DNA from: a bacterium
Lineage (GTDB): Bacteria > Patescibacteriota > Minisyncoccia > Phycocordibacterales > CAIZLB01
Assembly (NCBI GenBank): GCA_043738715.1
Contig: JAYUFM010000097.1
Span: 1 to 31,477 of the forward strand
Length of the DNA: 31,477 nt
Direction of reading: 5' to 3'
The notes below the pieces were generated by a model. The model had not been told where the DNA came from. It saw nothing but the letters and a program-made list of their open reading frames with translations, and did not search any database. Both the position numbers and the translations under genes were made by a program. This document shows positions 8,360 through 16,714 of the stretch, in pieces (positions within the stretch are counted from its first letter, which is position 1; every line of letters begins with the position of its first letter).

Positions 8360-9031
8360 ATGTCAAACGAAATTAAACTTGTTATAGGAATTATTATTGT
8401 ATCTATTGGGGTAACGTTTTTAGGTCTAAAATTAGCATATAGAGCCCCACAAGAGGCAAAATTACTATTATCTGCTGACCGCATTGATAATGCTGAAAGT
8501 CCACGACTTAAAGGGGCTAGCTCGACTATTTCAATAGTAGAATTCGCAGATTTTGAATGCCCTGCATGTGGAGCAATGCATCCGATATTTAAGCAGCTAT
8601 TAAAAGCTTACGGTAATAAAATCACTTTTGTTTATCGAAACTTCCCTATTCACGAAAACGCTGACCAGTTCGCTATCGCTGCTCTTGCTGCAGGAAAACA
8701 GAATAAATTCTGGGAAATGCACGATATGATGTTTGAAGGTCAATCAGAATGGTCAGATATATCATTTGACAAACAAATGGCTATATTTGCAGGATATGCT
8801 CAAAAATTAGGATTAGATATGAAAAAGTATCAGGCAGATCTTGCAGATAAACATCTAGCAGATATGGTAAAGAAAGACAAAGAGGATGCATTTGCTATGG
8901 GAATCAATGCCACACCTACAATCATTATTAACAATAACCGAGTAATTGTTGGTGGTAAAAATTACGCTGATTTAATAAAGATGATAGACGAAGAAATTGC
9001 TAAGGGTCCCCAGGTTGCTCCGAATAAATAA
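8360..9031 (+). CDS. DsbA-family thioredoxin-fold disulfide oxidoreductase, membrane-anchored
   Basis: EFADFECPAC CxxC, VYRNFPI, FWEMHD and GINATPT cis-Pro loop. Confidence 0.9.
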   Translation: MSNEIKLVIGIIIVSIGVTFLGLKLAYRAPQEAKLLLSADRIDNAESPRLKGASSTISIVEFADFECPACGAMHPIFKQLLKAYGNKITFVYRNFPIHENADQFAIAALAAGKQNKFWEMHDMMFEGQSEWSDISFDKQMAIFAGYAQKLGLDMKKYQADLADKHLADMVKKDKEDAFAMGINATPTIIINNNRVIVGGKNYADLIKMIDEEIAKGPQVAPNK

Positions 9032-9033
9032 GT

Positions 9034-9160
9034 CGGCTTCAAACGAAAAGATCCCGAGAGAACGGAATAGCCCCCTTAAAGAAATTTAAAAGGGGGGCTT
9101 TCCCTTGGCTCAACCCTTCGGGTTTCCGCCAGATCTCTCTTGATCTTTTGTTTTTCGCCG
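9034..9160 (-). repeat. Structured repeat element, copy A
   Basis: Reverse complement aligns with copies B and C; nested stems CGGC/GCCG, AAAAGATC/GATCTTTT and AACCC-GAA-GGGTT. Confidence 0.85.
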
Positions 9161-9177
9161 TAAGTATTCCAAAGTGT

Positions 9178-9321
9178 AGCTGGAAAAGTAAAAAGCCAGA
9201 GAGACTCGACGGAAGACCGTAAGGTCTGAGTCGGAGGAAAGTTTTTTTTAAAAGGTTTTTCCTTTAAAAAACTATTCCGCTCTCTCTGGCTTTTTAACTT
9301 TGGAGGCTCTGTGCCACAAAC
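9178..9321 (+). repeat. Structured repeat element, copy B, with 3' tail CTGTGCCACAAAC
   Basis: AAAAAGCCAGAGAGA/TCTCTCTGGCTTTTT stem, GAC-GGA-AGACC-GTAA-GGTCT-GA-GTC arm, GGA...TTCC-closed variable hairpin. Confidence 0.85.
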
Positions 9322-9336
9322 TATATTTAATATAAC

Positions 9337-11094
9337 CTAATGCGAAGCCACATCACTTTCCGACAACATACTATCAGTAACAATAGGGGCGGCTTCATTG
9401 CTAGCCTTTTTGTTTTCTGGTGCAACAACAACACCTGATCCGGCGAAGAATGGGATACGTTTTTTAAATGAACCCCACACTTCAATCACTTCTTCATTGC
9501 GAAGGAGAAACAGAACACCAGCCCAAGATGCAATCCCGACTACCCCACCTAATAGCCCGTGGATAAAGACACTGAAAACTTTTGTCTGATCGATAAATGG
9601 TTCAGCGAGGTTTAAAGTTATATACGCCATAAAACCTGCAATTACTGCTGACTCAAAACTTTGCCATAATGTTCGTCCAACATTTTTTGTAAACATTCCT
9701 TCTCCGAAATCTTTTTCAAAGACTATCCAGAAAATAATCATGTTAATAACTGTTCCTAACATGTAACCTAATGGCAACATTAAAACTTCCGTACCTGGAA
9801 TTCCTGAGACACGGAACAACCTCTCTACACCTTGTGCAAATGCAGGACTAGTTGCAAATAATTGCAAAAATAAATAAGGTAATGTGATAGTTAATACTGA
9901 CGAAAATAGATTGATAAATAAGGGTTTTATCGTCCTCCCAGCGGCATAATAAGCTCGGATAAATAATAATTCGAGGCTCTGCGCGGATAATGAAATAACA
10001 AACAGTGCGACTGATGCAGCTGTTAATCTTGTATCGTTCCAATTAAATGAACCCGATCCTAGAATTACACGAACAATTTGCGCACGCAAAATAATAAATA
10101 ACGCTGTGATTGGCAAAGACCAAAATAAAATGTGCCTTGTGGCGACTTGAACATGTTCAACGAATTCTTTTTTCTTCCCATTCACATAACACATTGATAA
10201 TAATGGAAATGCAGCTAAAGTGTAAGACACCCCAACAATTGCAAATGGAACTGACTGAAGGTTCGTCGCTAAACTAAAAATTGAAATCGAACCAGCCGTC
10301 AAAACCGAAGCAAACGATGTGATAAAAATAAGTTCAAGCTGACTGGCTGACAAAGTAATTGTGCGTGGAATTGATAGTGTCAGTATTTTAAGAAGTCTTT
10401 TGAAATCCCATTTGAAAGTAAAACGTGGCAATTGTCCCAGTGATCCTACATAAGGTGCCTGAACTGCGAAATGGAGAACTGCACCAAATACAACACCTGC
10501 AACAATTCCTTGCAAACCAAATTTTGGATATAAAAATACCGTTCCAAATATTATAGATAAGTTATAGAAAATTGGTGCAATAGCATAAATAAAAAACCTT
10601 TTGTTCATCTGTGTAATAACAGACAATAGGTTTGAAACACCTAAAAAGATTGGCTGTAATAATAAAATCCTCGACATTGATATTACTGTATTGATTTCTG
10701 ACACACCAAATCCCGGAAATAAATAATGCGCAATTTTAGGCATCAAGAAAAATAAAATAGTAGACACAACTGCCATCAAGCTAAGAAAGAAAGAAAACAG
10801 CTCGCTCATTAATTTTTTTACAGCTTCGCTACCCTTCTCGCTTGTTGCACTAAAAAATGGAATTAAAACTGCAACAGAAACAAGTGAAGCCAGTGTTGCA
10901 AACACAAAATCTGGTACTCGAAAAGATGCATAATAAAGATCAAGGGTAGGTCCAGCACCAAAAGAATTAGCTAACAATCTGTCTCGGAACAAGGCAAGTA
11001 TCTGCGACATCAAAGTAAAAAAACCGATCAAATACGCAGCGTGGTGGATTCCTGCTATCTCTTTCGAGACAAATTGAACAAGCTTTTTAACCAT
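9337..11094 (-). CDS. murJ: Lipid II flippase MurJ (MviN)
   Basis: LALFRDRLLANSFGAG..LDLYYASFRVPDF motif and many TM helices; start reassigned to MVKKLV (11094). Confidence 0.93.
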   Translation of the reverse strand: MVKKLVQFVSKEIAGIHHAAYLIGFFTLMSQILALFRDRLLANSFGAGPTLDLYYASFRVPDFVFATLASLVSVAVLIPFFSATSEKGSEAVKKLMSELFSFFLSLMAVVSTILFFLMPKIAHYLFPGFGVSEINTVISMSRILLLQPIFLGVSNLLSVITQMNKRFFIYAIAPIFYNLSIIFGTVFLYPKFGLQGIVAGVVFGAVLHFAVQAPYVGSLGQLPRFTFKWDFKRLLKILTLSIPRTITLSASQLELIFITSFASVLTAGSISIFSLATNLQSVPFAIVGVSYTLAAFPLLSMCYVNGKKKEFVEHVQVATRHILFWSLPITALFIILRAQIVRVILGSGSFNWNDTRLTAASVALFVISLSAQSLELLFIRAYYAAGRTIKPLFINLFSSVLTITLPYLFLQLFATSPAFAQGVERLFRVSGIPGTEVLMLPLGYMLGTVINMIIFWIVFEKDFGEGMFTKNVGRTLWQSFESAVIAGFMAYITLNLAEPFIDQTKVFSVFIHGLLGGVVGIASWAGVLFLLRNEEVIEVWGSFKKRIPFFAGSGVVVAPENKKASNEAAPIVTDSMLSESDVASH

Positions 11095-11122
11095 ATAATA
11101 TAAGAGTATATCGCAAAAACAA

Positions 11123-11151
11123 TAGACCCACAATGGTTTTTGTGTTATATT
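11123..11151 (+). promoter_or_regulatory. Putative rnpB promoter
   Basis: TAGACC-17-TATATT with extended TG, 7 nt before P1. Confidence 0.5.
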
Positions 11152-11157
11152 CACACC

Positions 11158-11568
11158 GGTTTTGCATCAGACAGTCGCCAATATGCACTTCGGTACATAT
11201 TGGAGGAAAGTCCGAACACTTTTTGTTGGGCTCGCACAAGCAGATCACATCCGTGATGTTCTAAAGCGAGCCCAACAAAAACAGGTAGCGGGTAACGCCC
11301 GTCCGGAGCAATCCGCGAGATGCGAGCAGTGACGTGTACATTCGAAAGTTTGTACAGTTCGACTTCGGTCGAATAATTCCACGATATATTGAAAGTGGAA
11401 GTGAAACGGCAAAACTCTTACCCGAGTGCAAGGCCGCGCTCAACAATATTTTCGAATAATGTTAGAGAGAGCCGCTCGAGTCCAACAGCAATGTTGGTCC
11501 CAGATAAATGACTGTCACCTTTCGGATCAAACCTTAAGGAACAGAATTCGGCTTATAGATGCAAAACC
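11158..11568 (+). ncRNA. rnpB: RNase P RNA
   Basis: GAGGAAAGTCC (11203-11213), ACAGAATTCGGCTTA (11541-11555), P1 GGTTTTGCATC/GATGCAAAACC, AGTGAAACGGCAAAACTC core. Confidence 0.96.
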
Positions 11569-11572
11569 AATT

Positions 11573-11605
11573 GAAAAACCCACAGCGATGTGGGTTTTTC
11601 TTTTT
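11573..11605 (+). terminator. rnpB terminator
   Basis: GAAAAACCCACA/TGTGGGTTTTTC stem followed by Ts. Confidence 0.85.
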
Positions 11606-11637
11606 ATAAAATATTTTTGATGCAAATTTTATATAAA

Positions 11638-11679
11638 CAAAAAAAACAAAAGCCTGGGGAAGCATGCGCAACCCCAGGC
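11638..11679 (-). terminator. Terminator of the 11718-12227 ORF
   Basis: GCCTGGGG/CCCCAGGC stem with a minus-strand T tract. Confidence 0.75.
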
Positions 11680-11717
11680 CCTTTCGTTTCAATTGATTTA
11701 ATCCCAACCTGGGTGTC

Positions 11718-12227
11718 CTACCCCACTCCTGCTGTGGCCCGGAGGACTTCTGCGTGCTGCAAGTCCTTGTCTTTGTGCCTACGGGCATCGAGGCATGCAA
11801 ACAGATGTGCTTCGGTGTAAACAGGGATGAAGACTCCCAGCACATGAGCACTGCATTCCTTTGCGATAAGGCTTGTGACACGAGCCAACCCTTTGACTGG
11901 AGCCTGCGTCACAATGGAGCCGTGGTCTGGGTCTCTCGTGCTCAACACGACAACGTCGCCTGCCCGTACGCAGAGATGTCCCTCATTCGCAAAGACGCCA
12001 TCCCTCAGTGCAAGTAACGCGATGACGCGCCCATAGCCCGCAGGCTTATGTTTGAGACCCATGATGAGCCCACCCCGCTGGATTTTGTTCACGTCTCGCA
12101 TCAGTTCTTGGTGGTGCACGCTTTTTTGATGCGCCTCATCCGGAGCCATCAAGGCCATGAGCCCTTCAGTATCTCCGACGATTTGGGCATAGTTCGCCCA
12201 GAAGTTACGCCATTCTCTCTCGTTCAT
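11718..12227 (-). CDS. Orphan hypothetical protein, 169 aa
   Basis: ATG after an A/C-rich leader, GC-richer than its flanks, own terminator. Confidence 0.65.
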   Translation of the reverse strand: MNEREWRNFWANYAQIVGDTEGLMALMAPDEAHQKSVHHQELMRDVNKIQRGGLIMGLKHKPAGYGRVIALLALRDGVFANEGHLCVRAGDVVVLSTRDPDHGSIVTQAPVKGLARVTSLIAKECSAHVLGVFIPVYTEAHLFACLDARRHKDKDLQHAEVLRATAGVG

Positions 12228-12338
12228 GATTCTTTTTTTGTTTTTTGTATGGTCATTTCTGACCAGGTTTGTTCATTTACTCAAAAACATACTACTTCAT
12301 CTGTCAATAAACACAATTCAACTCAACATTCAATCTTT

Positions 12339-12535
12339 CGGCGGAGAACAAAAGGTCTAGAGATATCTGACGGAGGAAACCGTAAGGTTTCCGAGTCAAA
12401 GGAAAAGTCCTTCATTTTGAGTTTTCAAATGAAGGACTTATTCCGGTATCTATAGAACTTTTCGTTCGTAGCCATTCTCTCTGGCTTTTTAACTTTGTAG
12501 GCGCTGTGCCACTAAACCTTTTCGTTCGTAGCCGC
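12339..12535 (+). repeat. Structured repeat element copy C (12339-12473), a B-type 3' fragment (12474-12517) and a duplicated copy-C end (12518-12535)
   Basis: GAC-GGA-GGAAACC-GTAA-GGTTTCC-GA-GTC arm; 16-bp direct repeat CTTTTCGTTCGTAGCC at 12458 and 12518. Confidence 0.85.
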
Positions 12536-14638
12536 CTACTTAACCGCCTCTACCTTTGCACTAATCACCGCAAGGTCTTCGATTTCACAATTACCACCAG
12601 CACATGCCAACTCTTTCTTTACATCTGTATTATCTGTCTTTTCGTAAATAACAATCTTTGAGAAATCTAAACCTTCGTATTTTCTCATCAACTCAACATA
12701 AGTCTTTTCATCACATTCCTCATAAGGAGCTAATTGATACACATGATTTGATCGAGGTAGGAATGAAAGACCACCAGAGATATCCCAGTTCTGGTAAATC
12801 CAGTTACCTACTTCTAACCATTCATCGTCTCCAACTGAAATTGTGACTGATGGATTGTGTTCTGTGAAATTTTCTTTAACCATTTTCCAGAATACCAATT
12901 GTTCAATTGCACTCATGTCATCCTTGAAAATTGATCCCTTAGGAGCCTTAACAGGGAAATCAATTACGAAAGTCGTAGCGTTTTCAACAGTCTGACCAAC
13001 TTCTGGATGATATGGAACACCTTGATCCTTCATCATTTGGAACAATGCATCATTCGCAGAGATTCTCACACGTCGGATATAGAACTGTGAATGTCTTGGG
13101 TGCATACCTGATGAACAATCTACAGTCTGCGAAAGGTTACCTGATGGCTTAACACATGTAATCGCAGTCGAAGCATTAACACCGAATCGCTTTGCATACA
13201 ATTTATTTACACGAATGGCTTCGTCACGTAGTTTTCTCAAAACCTCAGGCTTTCGAACTTCTGGACAATCCCACATACCTGTAATTGATACACCCAAAAG
13301 TCTTTCTTCCATACAGTTCTTTTTCCATTCTGGTGAAAGATAGATGAAATCAGTAAATGTTGATTGATAAGTTCCTAAAATAGTAGCGACCTTTATCTTT
13401 CTCATAAGGTCTGCCAATTTGTCTTCATGTCGCGCAACAACCTCTGAAAGGTTACAGAACTGCTTTGGACGCAAAATAATTTCTCCACATGGATTAGTTC
13501 CAAATCGGTGCATCCAAGCCTTTGAAACAGCAAGACGTCTTGCAGGAAGAGTCTTTGCAAGGCAACCTCGGTTGAAAATACCTCTTTCTCCTGACTTACT
13601 CTTTATAAGGGCTGTCCATTCATCTAGGAACTCAGTTAATTCCGGCTTTTCATTGTATACAGCGGAATTATTTGAAAGTGATCGCTGTGGCTCGTTAATC
13701 CAGAACTGGCCTTTCTTTGCATCACGGATCTGGTCATCTTGTAGATCAGACAATGAAATAAGGGCTGTTCGGCGAACACCTCCTGAAACTACACCTTCAC
13801 CGATTTTACAAACAATATCGTGAACATCCAGGTTGGAAAGGTGCTTACCTTGTTTCGAAAGAATCTTTGAACGAGAAAAATTATGAATATCAACTAGAGG
13901 GGCAGGACCCGACGATCTACCACCTGTTGTCTTTAATCTTGCGCCAGCAGGTCGAAGCAATGAATAATCAAATTCCACATCATCACCTTCAAACCAATGT
14001 TTCAAACCGATTGCTAATGAATCTGACCAACCCTCTCTTGAATCTGGAATAACAAATTTATGTTTTTTACCAGTTTGGAATTTAATTTGAGGAAGTGACT
14101 GACTGTTATAACTTTCTGCAGAAAATCCAACACCACATCCTGACATTGAAAGAAACATAATTTCAGCAAAGTCCTGATATGTTTCAGGTGCAGTAAATGA
14201 ACAATTATAAGTTGAAGCGTGATTTCGTCGAAGTGCTTCACCAGAAAATTGTAGCGCACGCATTGATGGCATTGATTCGTGCATCAAGATTGATTTGCGA
14301 ACTTCAGAATATTCTTTTTCTGTTAGTTTATTTCCCAATCTTTCTTTCATGAAGTTAACATAACGGTCTACCGTTTCAACCCATGTCTCTCGACGAGATT
14401 CTTCTTCTATCCATCGTGAGTACGTTCTATAGTAAATAAATTCACCTAATGGATTTCGGAAACTCTTTTTTGATTCTGCAGCAAGTTTTTTTACATTTTC
14501 AGGAACAGCAATGTCTCTTTTTACACGTTCTTTATTTCTAGCAGCTCGGTACAAAATATATTCTTTCGCAGTTTTTACATATTCAGATAAAATTAATTGT
14601 TTTTCTACAATATCCTGAATTCCTTCAACGTCAGGCAT
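12536..14638 (-). CDS. nrdJ: Class II (adenosylcobalamin-dependent) ribonucleotide reductase, catalytic part
   Basis: YYRTYSRW..RRETW.ETVDRY, NCSF, GGVRRTALISL, TNPCGEI, TCVKPSG and C-terminal CAGGNC motifs. Confidence 0.92.
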   Translation of the reverse strand: MPDVEGIQDIVEKQLILSEYVKTAKEYILYRAARNKERVKRDIAVPENVKKLAAESKKSFRNPLGEFIYYRTYSRWIEEESRRETWVETVDRYVNFMKERLGNKLTEKEYSEVRKSILMHESMPSMRALQFSGEALRRNHASTYNCSFTAPETYQDFAEIMFLSMSGCGVGFSAESYNSQSLPQIKFQTGKKHKFVIPDSREGWSDSLAIGLKHWFEGDDVEFDYSLLRPAGARLKTTGGRSSGPAPLVDIHNFSRSKILSKQGKHLSNLDVHDIVCKIGEGVVSGGVRRTALISLSDLQDDQIRDAKKGQFWINEPQRSLSNNSAVYNEKPELTEFLDEWTALIKSKSGERGIFNRGCLAKTLPARRLAVSKAWMHRFGTNPCGEIILRPKQFCNLSEVVARHEDKLADLMRKIKVATILGTYQSTFTDFIYLSPEWKKNCMEERLLGVSITGMWDCPEVRKPEVLRKLRDEAIRVNKLYAKRFGVNASTAITCVKPSGNLSQTVDCSSGMHPRHSQFYIRRVRISANDALFQMMKDQGVPYHPEVGQTVENATTFVIDFPVKAPKGSIFKDDMSAIEQLVFWKMVKENFTEHNPSVTISVGDDEWLEVGNWIYQNWDISGGLSFLPRSNHVYQLAPYEECDEKTYVELMRKYEGLDFSKIVIYEKTDNTDVKKELACAGGNCEIEDLAVISAKVEAVK

Positions 14639-14859
14639 AAAATATTTAAATTTTTAGCAATTCGCAAAAGCTCATTGTGTACATTATGTGCTACATCGCG
14701 GGCTTCTTCGGCAGAACCTTCACCTGTAATTGACATTGCCTTTGTTATTGCACTTACGATCTTTTCTTTATCGTAAATTACAATTTCACCATTTCTTTTA
14801 TGAATTCTTTTGATAACTTCTTTCTCTTTTTCCCCTGATGTTTTCTTTGCTGGTGCCAT
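14605..14859 (-). CDS. nrdJ: N-terminal ATP-cone segment of NrdJ, out of frame with the catalytic ORF
   Basis: IHKRNGEIVIYDKEKIVSAITKAM ATP-cone start; a -1 shift at 14647-14653 joins it to MPDVEGIQDIVEKQLI. Confidence 0.85.
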   Translation of the reverse strand: MAPAKKTSGEKEKEVIKRIHKRNGEIVIYDKEKIVSAITKAMSITGEGSAEEARDVAHNVHNELLRIAKNLNILCLTLKEFRIL

Positions 14860-14967
14860 ATAGAACTATAATTATTTTCTTATAAATTTGTAATAAATTT
14901 TTACTGATTTCGTGTAAAAATTGCGATTGCCTAACCATTGTAGTCCTTAAAAAAGATGTTGAATACC

Positions 14968-14976
14968 TGTGGATAA
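14968..14976 (-). promoter_or_regulatory. Consensus DnaA box upstream of nrdJ
   Basis: TGTGGATAA (= TTATCCACA on the minus strand) about 110 nt upstream of the nrdJ start. Confidence 0.5.
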
Positions 14977-15052
14977 GTACCTCAATACAACAGAGAAAGT
15001 CTGTAAAGAGCCGATCCCAAAAAGCTATCTATTCAGTCACCTTTTGAACCCT

Positions 15053-15577
15053 TTAAAAAGCAAAATTTGCTGTATCCCCTATTTTTATGTTCTTAGATTT
15101 AACCTGACCTTTGGAAATTTCAAGCACATACGAGACTTCACCCGGAGATTCGTATATTTTAGGAAAGTCTTCCGGCTTTGCTCCCTCAACATATCCTGTT
15201 ATTTTTTTGTTTTGATCCATCCACACAATGTCTATTGGAAAATTCATATCTTTCATCCAAAATCCTTCTATTGATGGTTCAGAAAAAACAAACAACATTC
15301 CAGTATCAACATTTAATTTATCGTCAAGAGACTTTCTACCACCTAAACCTAATATTTTTTCTTCATCCGTACTAGCAATTTCCACTAAAAAATAATTTTT
15401 ATTAATTACAAGCCTAGTTGTTGGCATTTTTACAACAGTGTTCACAGAATTATTTACCGTACGAACGTTTGGTTTTCTAAATAAGGAGACCGAAAATGGA
15501 AACAATAACACTGCGCAACAAAAAACAACCGCGGGAATTAAAAATATTTTATTTATTTTCTCCTTCTTTTTTATCAT
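15053..15577 (-). CDS. DUF192 family protein
   Basis: VEIAST.EEKILGLGGR, GMLFVF, FWMKDMNFPIDIVW and YVLEI motifs; N-terminal TM helix. Confidence 0.88.
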   Translation of the reverse strand: MIKKKEKINKIFLIPAVVFCCAVLLFPFSVSLFRKPNVRTVNNSVNTVVKMPTTRLVINKNYFLVEIASTDEEKILGLGGRKSLDDKLNVDTGMLFVFSEPSIEGFWMKDMNFPIDIVWMDQNKKITGYVEGAKPEDFPKIYESPGEVSYVLEISKGQVKSKNIKIGDTANFAF

Positions 15578-15980
15578 TACTTGTTGGGGTTACTTTTTGG
15601 ACATCTCCTGGTTTTAAATCAAGACAAACTGAGTTCATACAAAAACGTTTTCCAGTCAATGTTGGACCATCTTCAAAAACATGTCCGAGATGTGAACCAC
15701 ATTTGGCACACTCAACTTCAACTCGATGCATACCATGATCGTCATCCAAAATTTGATTAACAGATCCAGGAATTGCGTCATCAAAACTTGGCCATCCTGT
15801 TCCTGAATCAAATTTTGTATCTGATTTAAAAAGCTCATTACCACAAACCGCGCACGTGTAGACTCCGCTTTCTTTTGCGTGTAAAAGTTTTCCTGTGAAA
15901 GGCATTTCAGTCCCCCTCTCCCTGGCCACTCGATACAATTCTGGATTTTTATTTTTTAATTCATCATCATTTATTTTCAT
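15549..15980 (-). CDS. msrB: Peptide-methionine (R)-S-oxide reductase
   Basis: GTEMPFTG, CAVC, KFDSGTGWPSF, CAKCGSHLGHVF.DGP and RFCMNS motifs. Confidence 0.96.
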   Translation of the reverse strand: MKINDDELKNKNPELYRVARERGTEMPFTGKLLHAKESGVYTCAVCGNELFKSDTKFDSGTGWPSFDDAIPGSVNQILDDDHGMHRVEVECAKCGSHLGHVFEDGPTLTGKRFCMNSVCLDLKPGDVQKVTPTSNDKKEGENK

Positions 15981-16030
15981 ATAATTTTTGTCTTAAAGAT
16001 TTATAACTAGTTAAATAAAATAAAGAACAA

Positions 16031-16603
16031 CTATTCTCTCGCCATAGCACCAACCTTTGCAAGAAAATTTTCCTTTTCAGCATCTGTTCTTTTGAATTTT
16101 TTATCCAGCACCTTAATGCTTTTAACCTTTAACCCACAGAAACCTAGCACTCCAAAATTCCAAATCGTCCAGAATGGTTTTGCAATCAACCAGTATAGCC
16201 ACATAGAACCATCACAAGTAATGAAAACACGAGCAGTTTTACCCTTTAATAAGCCAATCGGCTTTCCATCTATATATTTAAAGGCAAAACCACCTGCAAA
16301 GTTGTTGTCCAGCCAATTTTTTAATATAGCAGGAGGGCTAACCCACCACATTGGATGAACAAAGACCAATTCGTCAGAATTAGTAATTTTTTGTTTCATC
16401 ACGTCACGGACAGGATCTGGTTTACCCATATCATGAGGGTCTTCGAACCTTAAAAAGTCTTGCTTTATATCAGTAGTGTAAAGGTTTAACAGTTCAACAG
16501 TGTGCCCGACTGATTCACTCGCAACTTTATATGCATCTGCAATTTTATGGGTAAAACCTCGAGAACTAGGATGGGCGGTGACAATTAAGATATTTTTTTT
16601 CAC
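16031..16603 (-). CDS. Flavodoxin-like NAD(P)H dehydrogenase (quinone) family protein
   Basis: ILIVTAHP, LVFVHPMWW.SPPAILKNWLD and GFAFKY motifs; GTG start at 16603 inferred. Confidence 0.88.
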   Translation of the reverse strand: MKKNILIVTAHPSSRGFTHKIADAYKVASESVGHTVELLNLYTTDIKQDFLRFEDPHDMGKPDPVRDVMKQKITNSDELVFVHPMWWVSPPAILKNWLDNNFAGGFAFKYIDGKPIGLLKGKTARVFITCDGSMWLYWLIAKPFWTIWNFGVLGFCGLKVKSIKVLDKKFKRTDAEKENFLAKVGAMARE

Positions 16604-16714
16604 TTGATTTTGGATTAATGATGACGGAAATAACCGGGGATAACCGAGGGTAAAAGTGCGCGTCACCGACTTGTTAATAACACCTTTCGAGAATATAAAA
16701 TTACACAAAGAGAA

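Noticed and set aside
9034-9160. Integron attC interpretation of the repeats
   Set aside because: Bulged bases and stop-codon adjacency are suggestive, but RYYYAAC/GTTRRRY boxes do not fit (copy B lacks AAC/GTT), the neighbours are housekeeping genes and no integrase is seen.
9230-9245. GGAGGAAAGT in repeat copy B resembles the RNase P GAGGAAAGTCC motif
   Set aside because: Here GGA pairs locally with TTCC, and no P4 partner or other RNase P core is present, so it is coincidental.
12048-12455. 135-aa plus-strand ORF
   Set aside because: It is antisense to the 11718-12227 gene and then runs through repeat copy C; not protein-like.
16604-16708. GC-richer leader with GGTGACG/CGTCATC pairing upstream of the NAD(P)H dehydrogenase
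   Set aside because: It matches no riboswitch consensus I know, and one 7-bp stem is insufficient evidence.
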